Shown: positions 49,140 through 57,036 of the stretch, in pieces
How positions within the stretch are numbered: the stretch's first letter is position 1
Layout: the number at the start of each line of letters is the position of its first letter
Assembly (NCBI GenBank): GCA_964647615.1
Contig: CAZYIV010000008.1
Coordinates: 910 to 64,909, forward strand
Length of the DNA: 64,000 nucleotides
Reading direction: 5' to 3'
Origin: an uncultured Gemmatimonadaceae bacterium
GTDB taxonomy: Bacteria; Gemmatimonadota; Gemmatimonadetes; Gemmatimonadales; GWC2-71-9
Notes under the pieces: model-generated
What the model was told of the DNA's origin: nothing
What the model saw: the letters and a program-made list of their open reading frames with translations, nothing else
Database searches by the model: none
Position numbers and translations under genes: made by a program

Positions 49140-51578
49140 TCAGTTGATCGTGATCAGCTGGACCCGGGCATTGTTGAGCAGGTTGCTGTCGGCCTGGATG
49201 GAGCTCAGGCTGAAGGTCGTGGAGTAGCTCCCCGCCGCGACAGCCACCAGGGTCACGGTGAAGTCGGTCTTGCCACCGTTCACCAGGCTCGGCAGCTGGC
49301 AGCTGGTGCCCGTCACCGCGTCGTAGCTGCAGCCCAGGGTCCCGGTGTTCGCGGCGTAGGTGAAGCCCGCACTCGCCGGGATGGTGAAGGTCGCGCCGGG
49401 TGAGTCGTCGGGACCGAGATTCTCGTTCTGCAGCGTGACGGTGAAGGTATCGCCCACCGCCACGACCGGCGCGGCACTGAAGACGTGCAGCTCCAGGTTG
49501 GCGCTGCCGTCGTTGTCGATGATCGTCACCGTCACCGACGCCGGGGTGGCGCCGCTGTAGGCGGGGTCAGTGCTGCTGACGGTGTGGGTGATGGTCGCCG
49601 TCTGCGGCGGCGGTTCGAGCAGGGCGTCGTCCACCGCGCTCACCGGCACCGACAGGGGCAGGGCCCACGCCGCCGTGGTGAAGCTCACGGGCGCCAGGGC
49701 CGCGAGCTGACCGCCGGCGGAGGCGGGCGTCACGTCCACGGTGGCGGTGGGGGCGCTCCGCAGGCAGACATCATAACTGGCACCGGCCCCGCCTTCGGTG
49801 ACGGTCAGTGACGAGCGGTACACGCTGACGGGCGCCAGGGGACTGTACCCGACCAGCTCCAGAGCCCCGCTGGGATTGTAGGTGCGCCAGGCGCGGCTGG
49901 GCGCCGGCACCAGCCCGGTGACGGTCGCGAAGCTGCCGCGGTTGAGGGTGCCGGAACCGTCGGTGATGACCGGAATGACCTCACCGCAATGCCCACCCAG
50001 ATACAGCGGTCCCGGGAGTACTCGCAGCGTCCCGCCGTACACCACGAGTCCACTCACCGCCAGCAGGTCGTGACGGCCGGCGGCGCTGCCCGTCAGGTCG
50101 ATCACCACCGTGCTCGCCGGGTCGAGGTAGAGCCCGGTCGCGCTGAGGGTGCCCACGCCGGGGAGCACCGGAATGCTGGACACGGGTCCGGGCGCAATGG
50201 TGCCACCGGCCGAGAGCACCCCGCCGACCTGTCCCGTGCCACTCAGGGTCCCGCCCGACAGCCCGAGCAGTCCCGACTGCACACTTCCGGAATCGGCCTG
50301 GAAGTCTGCGCTGCCGAGGGAAAGGGTCTGGCCCGCGGCCACGGTGATCGTGCCGGCATTCTCCACATTCGAAAGCCAGGGAAGACTGGCCGGCCCGGCG
50401 AACGTGACCGTGCCGGTGTTCACCAGGCTGTCGAGCTTCAGGCTCAGCGTGCCCGTTCCCGCGTTGACCAGCAGGGTGCCGCTGTTGTGGACCACGGCCA
50501 GGGAGCCCCCGGAGAACTCAACGGTGACCACGTCCGTGGCTGCGGTATCCTGGGGCGTGACGCTGAGGGTGCCGCGACTGTCACTGGGCAGGTGCACCAG
50601 TCCGGCCCCGATGACGTTCACCCGGACGCCGGCCGGCAGCCCACCTGCAGGGGCCCCCACCCAGGGCTGGTCATACGGGTGGTACCAGCTGGCGAGCTGG
50701 TACAGGTCGAGTTCGATCGTCCCCGTCAGCGTGGAGTCGAGAACGTCGATCGAGACACCCTGGACCCGGACGCGGGCCGTGGTCGTCCCGAGCCGTGCCG
50801 GCAGGTCGCCACCCGTCCAGACGAACCTGGGGACGATGTACGGCTGCGTCGGCGGCGGGTACATCAGTGGAGGGACGATGGGCCAGAACTCCACCGCCCC
50901 GGCGCCCAGCACCGTGCCACCCTCCATCCGGAAGTCGACCGCCTCGACGGCATACTGCCGCAGCCGGCCCTCGGCGCCGGTGACCTGCAGCGTTCCCGCG
51001 TTCCGGAAGTACTGCGCGGGGTAGAGGTCCAGGGTGTCGCGCTGGGCCTCGAGGTAGCCGAGGTTGACGATCGAATCCGCCCCGATGTAGCCGGAGCGCC
51101 CGGGGTAGGCGGCGACCAGGCTGCCCTCGTTCACCACCCACGCGGCGGTGACGCTGAGTGCGGTGGTCATGGAGACGGTGCCGCCCGACTTCACGTACAG
51201 CCCGCCGGTCATGGACCAGGGGGCGTTGGCGGTGGTGGCGGAGACCGTGAGGGTCGGATTCGCACCGGCGCCACCGACCACCAGGAAGTCCACCGTGTCC
51301 GGGTTGGACAGGGTCACGGTGTACGTCCCGGCGGCATCGAGGCACACCGTCGCCAGTCTCCGCGGCACGCCGGTGGGGATCCAGTTGGTGCCCACCGACC
51401 AGTCGCCGCTCACCCCGGTCTTCCAGCGCTTGGTGCACGCCGGCGTCGTGACCAGTGCGGCCGGGGCACGGGGGGCGCTGACCGCCGGGCCGACATCGGC
51501 CGGGGCGGTGGGGTCGTCGGTGCAGGCAGCCAGGGAGAGCGCCGCCAGCGCCAGGAGGGGGAGCGTCGGGCACCGCAT
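49140..51578 (-). CDS. Surface lipoprotein paralog A (812 aa): beta-rich passenger-like region, Calx-beta/cadherin-like domain, C-terminal DUF11
   Basis: Lipobox LAAC, W..G..GDWS...NW.P.GVP, G.HD.L.VSG....GGTL, VTEGG....Y.VCL.S.P...AVDD and NLGPDDS...D.N..NN. Confidence 0.85.
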   Translation of the reverse strand: MRCPTLPLLALAALSLAACTDDPTAPADVGPAVSAPRAPAALVTTPACTKRWKTGVSGDWSVGTNWIPTGVPRRLATVCLDAAGTYTVTLSNPDTVDFLVVGGAGANPTLTVSATTANAPWSMTGGLYVKSGGTVSMTTALSVTAAWVVNEGSLVAAYPGRSGYIGADSIVNLGYLEAQRDTLDLYPAQYFRNAGTLQVTGAEGRLRQYAVEAVDFRMEGGTVLGAGAVEFWPIVPPLMYPPPTQPYIVPRFVWTGGDLPARLGTTTARVRVQGVSIDVLDSTLTGTIELDLYQLASWYHPYDQPWVGAPAGGLPAGVRVNVIGAGLVHLPSDSRGTLSVTPQDTAATDVVTVEFSGGSLAVVHNSGTLLVNAGTGTLSLKLDSLVNTGTVTFAGPASLPWLSNVENAGTITVAAGQTLSLGSADFQADSGSVQSGLLGLSGGTLSGTGQVGGVLSAGGTIAPGPVSSIPVLPGVGTLSATGLYLDPASTVVIDLTGSAAGRHDLLAVSGLVVYGGTLRVLPGPLYLGGHCGEVIPVITDGSGTLNRGSFATVTGLVPAPSRAWRTYNPSGALELVGYSPLAPVSVYRSSLTVTEGGAGASYDVCLRSAPTATVDVTPASAGGQLAALAPVSFTTAAWALPLSVPVSAVDDALLEPPPQTATITHTVSSTDPAYSGATPASVTVTIIDNDGSANLELHVFSAAPVVAVGDTFTVTLQNENLGPDDSPGATFTIPASAGFTYAANTGTLGCSYDAVTGTSCQLPSLVNGGKTDFTVTLVAVAAGSYSTTFSLSSIQADSNLLNNARVQLITIN

Positions 51579-51606
51579 GAACGGTCTCCAGAGAGGGTCA
51601 TCTTCC

Positions 51607-51636
51607 ATGGCGTCGAACCCCCGCCGGCCGGGACAT
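51607..51636 (-). promoter_or_regulatory. Putative ECF promoter ATGTCC-N18-CGCCAT (copy 1)
   Basis: On the + strand, ATGGCG at 51607-51612 and GGACAT at 51631-51636. It lies 28 nt from the paralog A ATG. Confidence 0.7.
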
Positions 51637-51650
51637 CCTGCGGAGCGCAC

Positions 51651-51688
51651 CACGCCCCCGGCGGCCGGGCCGGCCACCGGGGGCGTGT
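51651..51688. terminator. Hairpin after the GT2 gene
   Basis: CACGCCCCCGG...CCGGGGGCGTG. Confidence 0.55.
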
Positions 51689-51702
51689 GCCCGCCTGCCC
51701 TC

Positions 51703-53475
51703 CTAGAAGTGGAATCCGTAGCCGAAGAACACCGGCTGCATGCCCAGCAGCCCCAGCCCGCCGATCGCCAGCCCGCCCAGGATCAGCACGAACGGCAGGT
51801 ACACCAGGCGCTGCACCAGCGGATGCTCCCACGGCACGTGGTGCAGCAGCGGCAGCATCACGAACGCCACCGCCAGGCCCAGGAAGCTGAGCTGCACCAG
51901 CTGCAGGCAGGCCACCCCGAAGACCAGCCCGCAGGCCATCTCGAATCCCTGCACCAGCGGGTGATCCGGGTGGCTGCCGGCGATGGCCCGGCGCACCGAG
52001 GCCCACGCCCGCCCCCACGGCGTCCCGCTCGTGCGTTCGGCGACCGCCCGGCTCTTGTCGCCGGTGACGAGGAAGGTGGCCTTGCCGGTCAACAGGTAGC
52101 CCACCACCCCGAGGGATGACATCGGCCCCAGCGCGGCATACATCACCGTGCTCTGGCACAGGAAGCGGAACAGCTGGCGGGGTTTCCCCAGGAGCTCGAT
52201 CACGAAGCACAGGATCGGCGCGATGAACGTGAGCAGGGTGATCAGGAAGAAGTCCCAGCTCTGCACCACCGCGAAGCGCGGGTCCAGCGCGCGGGTCGGC
52301 AGCACCAGCGCGGTGCCGCCCAGTTCCAGCGTCATCGGGTGCGGCTGGGTGAACAGGAAGCCGAACACCAGGTTGGCATCCACCACGAACAGGAAGTACA
52401 CCAGCGCGAGCGGCAGGCTGAGCGCCGGGAAGAGCACGTCCAGCTTCTCCACCAGCGGGATGCGCCGGGCCCGCAGGGCAGGCCACATCTCCCGGGCGAA
52501 GAACTCGCAGGTGCCGCGGGTCCACTTCATGTGCCGCACCCGGAAGGCGCGGATGGTCTCCGGGAACTCCTCGTAGCAGATGACGTCCTCGGCGAAGCGG
52601 CCATGCCAGCCGTGCTGCCGGGCCCGGAGCGAGAAGGCCAGGTCCTCGGAGACGATCTCGGGGAAGCCGCCGATCTCCTGCCACACCTGCCGCCGGATGA
52701 CTGCCCCGTGACCCAGCAGCATCACGAAGCCCCAGCGGTTGCGGAGCGGGTGGTACCAGCGCCAGTGGATATCAATGCCGACCCCCACCGCCGACTGCAG
52801 TGCCCCCCGGCCCTCGGGGTTGGCCCGGTGGTTGGCCTGGACGAAGCCGCAGCGATCGTCCGCCAGCAGCATCGGCACCATCCGCCGCAGGAAGTTGGGC
52901 GGCAGGATCTCGTCGGCGTCCACCAGGGCGAACAGCGGCTCCGTCACGGCCGCGGTGCGGAGGCCGTGATTGGTGTTCCCCGCCTTGAAGCCGGACCGGT
53001 CGGGGCGCCGCACCACCCGCACCCGCTCGCCGTGCCGCGCCGCGAAGGCGTCCACCCGGGCCCGCGCCTCGGGATCGCTGCTGTCGTCGAGCAGGTACAG
53101 GGTCCAGTGCGGGTAGTCCTGGTGGAGGCAGGAGACCGCGCTCTCCTCCACGAAGTCGTTGCAGGTGAGGTAGAGCAGCGCCACCGCCGGCGGGTCCGCC
53201 GGAAGCGGCGGGGGCAGCCGCACTCCATGCACCCGGCGCCGCCGCTGGTGCACCCAGGCGAAGAGCACCACGCCGACGTTGTAGAACCCGTACAGCCACG
53301 CCAGTTCCGTGAACAGGATGAAGAACAGCACCGCACCGGTGGCGAACGCGCCGTGAGCCAGGCCCAGCAGGCTGAGCAGCCGGGGATGGAACCAGGCGAG
53401 GCTCGCGCCCCACGCCGCGAAGATCGCGAGGTACAGCGTGGGCCGGGCGCCCGGAGAAGGAGTGGCGGTGGTCAT
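51703..53475 (-). CDS. Processive membrane GT2 glycosyltransferase (cellulose-synthase-like)
   Basis: N- and C-terminal TM helices, LLDDS, GFKAGN, VDADE, VSED and RHMKW (QxxRW variant). No PilZ domain visible. Confidence 0.92.
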   Translation of the reverse strand: MTTATPSPGARPTLYLAIFAAWGASLAWFHPRLLSLLGLAHGAFATGAVLFFILFTELAWLYGFYNVGVVLFAWVHQRRRRVHGVRLPPPLPADPPAVALLYLTCNDFVEESAVSCLHQDYPHWTLYLLDDSSDPEARARVDAFAARHGERVRVVRRPDRSGFKAGNTNHGLRTAAVTEPLFALVDADEILPPNFLRRMVPMLLADDRCGFVQANHRANPEGRGALQSAVGVGIDIHWRWYHPLRNRWGFVMLLGHGAVIRRQVWQEIGGFPEIVSEDLAFSLRARQHGWHGRFAEDVICYEEFPETIRAFRVRHMKWTRGTCEFFAREMWPALRARRIPLVEKLDVLFPALSLPLALVYFLFVVDANLVFGFLFTQPHPMTLELGGTALVLPTRALDPRFAVVQSWDFFLITLLTFIAPILCFVIELLGKPRQLFRFLCQSTVMYAALGPMSSLGVVGYLLTGKATFLVTGDKSRAVAERTSGTPWGRAWASVRRAIAGSHPDHPLVQGFEMACGLVFGVACLQLVQLSFLGLAVAFVMLPLLHHVPWEHPLVQRLVYLPFVLILGGLAIGGLGLLGMQPVFFGYGFHF

Positions 53476-54314
53476 GGCTGGCGCACCTGCAGGGCCAGCC
53501 CCGCGGCCACAGAGGTGAGGTCGCTGGTGCCCGGCGCCCGCTCGTGCCGCACCATGAAGTGGACCTGCTGCGCGGCACCGAGGCCCAGCGTCAACCGGCC
53601 GTAGGCATCCCACACCGTGCCGTCGAACCCGGCAGGCGACCCGGAGATCCGCCCGGTGGCGACGCCGCCACCCACCCCGATGCCGGCCCCGGGATGCAGC
53701 TCCGCCGCCAGCAGCACCCGCCACTGGGCTTCCTGGCCCACACCGCTCCGGGCGTAGAACACAATCGGCTCCACCCGGAGCGCCGGGCCCACCGGCGTGT
53801 TGAACCCGGCGTGCGCCACCCACTCGGTGCGGTGGTCGGCCCGCGGGCCGGCTTCGACCCCTGCCTTGAGTGCTGTCGCACCGCGGTAGACCACCTGCTC
53901 CGCGCCGAGCAGCGTCTGCCCGATGCCGCCGGGGAGGGTCCGCCGGCCCGCCTGCAGCACCGTGGTGTAGTGCCCGCCCCAGTTGAGCAGCGCGCCGCCG
54001 CTCCAGGTCGGCACCCGCCGCCCGGCGCGAAGCAGCGTGAGGTTGTCGAGGCTCAGGCTGTTGTCGTACCGCCCGAAGAGGCGCATGGCCCCGGACGGCC
54101 AGACCGCCACTTCCAGGGAGCGGAGCCCGAGCCCGGTGGCCTTGTCACCGGCCGGCGTGGTGGGCGCGTTCGCAAAGCTCGAGTACGCGCCCCAGGCCGA
54201 GAGCTCGAGCACGGGGCGGGACGGCGCGGACTGGGCGGCGACCGGGACCCCCGCGGCGAGGGACAGTGTTGCCAGCAGGGCAGGAGCGCGGAGAGGTCGT
54301 GGGGGGAGTGGCAT
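53472..54314 (-). CDS. YaiO-like outer-membrane beta-barrel protein
   Basis: Signal peptide and alternating amphipathic beta-strands, about 280 aa. ATGA overlap with the GT2 start. The family call is from recall and context. Confidence 0.7.
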   Translation of the reverse strand: MPLPPRPLRAPALLATLSLAAGVPVAAQSAPSRPVLELSAWGAYSSFANAPTTPAGDKATGLGLRSLEVAVWPSGAMRLFGRYDNSLSLDNLTLLRAGRRVPTWSGGALLNWGGHYTTVLQAGRRTLPGGIGQTLLGAEQVVYRGATALKAGVEAGPRADHRTEWVAHAGFNTPVGPALRVEPIVFYARSGVGQEAQWRVLLAAELHPGAGIGVGGGVATGRISGSPAGFDGTVWDAYGRLTLGLGAAQQVHFMVRHERAPGTSDLTSVAAGLALQVRQP

Positions 54315-54547
54315 GGCTCGCTCCGGGACAGGGACGCCCGCAGCCACCATGGTGCGGGGATGCCCCGGAGAAGGCAGATGATGCGCCACACCACCGCCGC
54401 TCCGCGTGAGGCGTGCAGCGCGTTGTCCGGCAACGAGATGCGGCGCGGACCCGGAGGCCGCGCGGCGGCGGCGCACTCGACCGAATCGGCGCAGCCTCGC
54501 TCGAATCGGGACAGTGCACCGGATGGGCGGCCGGCCGCGCACGACAT

Positions 54548-54579
54548 GGCCCCCCGCACGCAGCCGCGTGCGGGGGGCC
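54548..54579. terminator. 14-bp hairpin after lipoprotein paralog B
   Basis: GGCCCCCCGCACGC-AGCC-GCGTGCGGGGGGCC. Confidence 0.7.
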
Positions 54580-54596
54580 GTCTCGCCTCCCCGGCT

Positions 54597-56918
54597 TCAG
54601 TTGACCGTGATCAGCTGGACCCGCGCGTTGTTGAGCGGGTTGCTGTCGGGCTGGGTGGAACTCAGGCTGTAGGTCGTCGAGTAACTCCCCGTCGCGACGG
54701 CCACCAGGGTCACGGTGAAGTCGGTCTTGCCACCGTTCACCAGGCTCGGCAGCTGGCAGGTGGTGCCCGTCACCGCGTCGTAGCTGCAGCCGAGGGTCCC
54801 GGTGTTCGCGGCGTAGCTGAAGCCCGTGCTCGCCGGGATGGTGAAGGTCGCGCCGGGCGAGTCGTCGGGACCCAGGTTCTCGTTCTGCAGCGTGATGGTG
54901 AAGCTGTCGCCCACCGCCACTACCGGCGGCGCGCTGACCACGTGCAGCTCCAGGTTGGCGCTGCCGTCGTTGTCCACGATCGTCACCGTGATGCTGCCGA
55001 GCGGGGCGTTCAGGTACGGCGGCGTGGTGCTGGTCACCGTGTGCTGGAGGTCCTCGAGCTGCGGCGGCGGCTCCCGCACGGAGTCATCCACCGCCCCGAC
55101 GGTGAGGGTGCGGGGGAGCCCCCAGTCGGTGCTGGTGAACGTGACGGCAGCGGGCGGTACCAGCTGGCCCAGGGGCGAGCTGGCACTCACGGTGACCGGC
55201 GTGACCGGCTGGCTCCGGAGACACACGCTGTAGCTGGCCCCGGCCCCGCCCTCCGTGACCGTCAGCGAATCCGGCGCGCGGGTCACGGCGAGCAACGGGT
55301 TGTGGCCGACGAGGTAGAGCGAGTCGGCCGGGTTGTGGAGGCGCCAGCCCCGGCCCGGGCCCGGCGTCAGGCCCAGGAACTTGGTGAACGCCCCGCGCGG
55401 CCCGGAGCTGTGGTCCCGGATGATGGGGATCGCCTGGCCGCATACCGCGCTCACGAACGGCGCAATCTCGGTGACCGAGAGGGTCCCGGCGTACGTCACC
55501 CCCCAGGAGACGAACACCTGGTCGTACTCCCCCTTCGCGGTGCCGGCGACGTCGATATCCACGCTGCTGGAGCCATCCATCACCAGGCTGGCCAGGCCGA
55601 GCTGGCCGATCGGCAGCCCCGGCTGGACCTGCGTCCCCGTGAGGACCACGTCGCCGACGCTGCCCACGCCGATGAGGCGGCCGCCGGTCATGTTGAGCCT
55701 CCCGTTATGGTAGGACCCCGCTTCCGCGATGAAGTCGGCGTAGGTGGTGGTCAGGGACGCACCGTAGGCCATCAGCTTGCCCCGATTCCGGACCAGCATG
55801 CCCGCCCGCCCGAACGTGGCCGAGTCCCCGACGGTCGTCACGCTGTCATTCACCAGGCTGTCGGCGAGGAGCACCATGCCGGGCCGGCCAATGAGCGCGA
55901 ACACACCGGCATTCATCACGGCGGTGGCGGACACGGTGTCTTCCATGCTGTCCCCGACTTCGCCGGCGATGGTCAGGTACCCGTCGTTGACGAAGGGCCG
56001 GCTGCCGACCCCGTGGAGCTGCAGGGACCCCCGCACGGTGGCGACGATGGCGGCGCCCGCCGGGAGGTGACCGATGATGCTCGACGGGCGGGTCAGGTAG
56101 AGGACCCCGCTGTCGGCGCCCGAGACCTTGATGGTCTGGGCATAGGCCGAGAATCCGAGCGAACTCACGCTGCCACCCGCCCACACCAACGTGCCGGCCT
56201 GAGCTCCCCCATACCCCGTGAAGGACAGGTACCCGCTCCCCGTCACGGCGCCGCCCTCCATCCGCAACTCGCCCGGGACGACGGCAATGTCCTGCATGCT
56301 GAGGTGCGAGGCCCCGTTGACTTCGATGGTCCCCGTGTTCCGGAAGCCGACGGGGCCGAGAGAACTGACCAGGACGGTGCCCGAGTCGGTCCGCAGCGTC
56401 CCGTAGTTCACCAGGGAATCGAGCACGAGGTCGCTCGGCGCCTGCCAGTGGAGCGTGCCACTCACCTCGACGTAGCCGGTCGAGACCGTCACCGTCTTGG
56501 CGGCGTTGAGGATGAGCCTGCCGCTCTGGACATCGATGCCGGTCGGCACCCGCCAGGTCCCCGCGGCCGCGGGCACGAAGCGGAGCGTGGGTGTGGCACT
56601 GCCGCCGCCGATCACGATCGCCTCCACCGTATCCAGCTTGGCCAGGGTGACGGTATAGCTGCCGGCCGCGTCGAGGCAGGCGATGTCGGTGGCCGTCGGC
56701 ACCCCGGAGGGTGTCCAGCTGGCGGCCGCGCCCCACTGCCCGTTGCTGCCGTTCTTCCAGTGCTTGGTGCAGGCGGGAAAGGCGGCGGTGGAGGTGTGCA
56801 CCGCGGGGCGCACGGCCGCCGAGTCAACCAGCGGCTGCCGTGGAGAGGTGGCGTCCTCGCCGCAGGCGGCCAGGGTCAGGGCCGCCAGCGCCAGGAGGGG
56901 GAGAGTCGGGCAGCGCAT
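54597..56918 (-). CDS. Surface lipoprotein paralog B (773 aa), same architecture as A
   Basis: Near-identical signal peptide (MRCPTLPLLALAAL.LAAC) and DUF11 tail, with a divergent middle. Confidence 0.85.
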   Translation of the reverse strand: MRCPTLPLLALAALTLAACGEDATSPRQPLVDSAAVRPAVHTSTAAFPACTKHWKNGSNGQWGAAASWTPSGVPTATDIACLDAAGSYTVTLAKLDTVEAIVIGGGSATPTLRFVPAAAGTWRVPTGIDVQSGRLILNAAKTVTVSTGYVEVSGTLHWQAPSDLVLDSLVNYGTLRTDSGTVLVSSLGPVGFRNTGTIEVNGASHLSMQDIAVVPGELRMEGGAVTGSGYLSFTGYGGAQAGTLVWAGGSVSSLGFSAYAQTIKVSGADSGVLYLTRPSSIIGHLPAGAAIVATVRGSLQLHGVGSRPFVNDGYLTIAGEVGDSMEDTVSATAVMNAGVFALIGRPGMVLLADSLVNDSVTTVGDSATFGRAGMLVRNRGKLMAYGASLTTTYADFIAEAGSYHNGRLNMTGGRLIGVGSVGDVVLTGTQVQPGLPIGQLGLASLVMDGSSSVDIDVAGTAKGEYDQVFVSWGVTYAGTLSVTEIAPFVSAVCGQAIPIIRDHSSGPRGAFTKFLGLTPGPGRGWRLHNPADSLYLVGHNPLLAVTRAPDSLTVTEGGAGASYSVCLRSQPVTPVTVSASSPLGQLVPPAAVTFTSTDWGLPRTLTVGAVDDSVREPPPQLEDLQHTVTSTTPPYLNAPLGSITVTIVDNDGSANLELHVVSAPPVVAVGDSFTITLQNENLGPDDSPGATFTIPASTGFSYAANTGTLGCSYDAVTGTTCQLPSLVNGGKTDFTVTLVAVATGSYSTTYSLSSTQPDSNPLNNARVQLITVN

Positions 56919-56946
56919 CGAAGGGCTCCAGGTGTGGTCACCTTCA

Positions 56947-56976
56947 ATGGCGATGGACCTGCGTCGCGCGGGACAT
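56947..56976 (-). promoter_or_regulatory. Putative ECF promoter ATGTCC-N18-CGCCAT (copy 2)
   Basis: On the + strand, ATGGCG at 56947-56952 and GGACAT at 56971-56976. It lies 28 nt from the paralog B ATG. Confidence 0.7.
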
Positions 56977-57036
56977 GCTGGAGATTGCCCCACGCCCCCG
57001 GCGGCCGGGGCGGCGGGCGGGACCGGTCGGAGCCCT

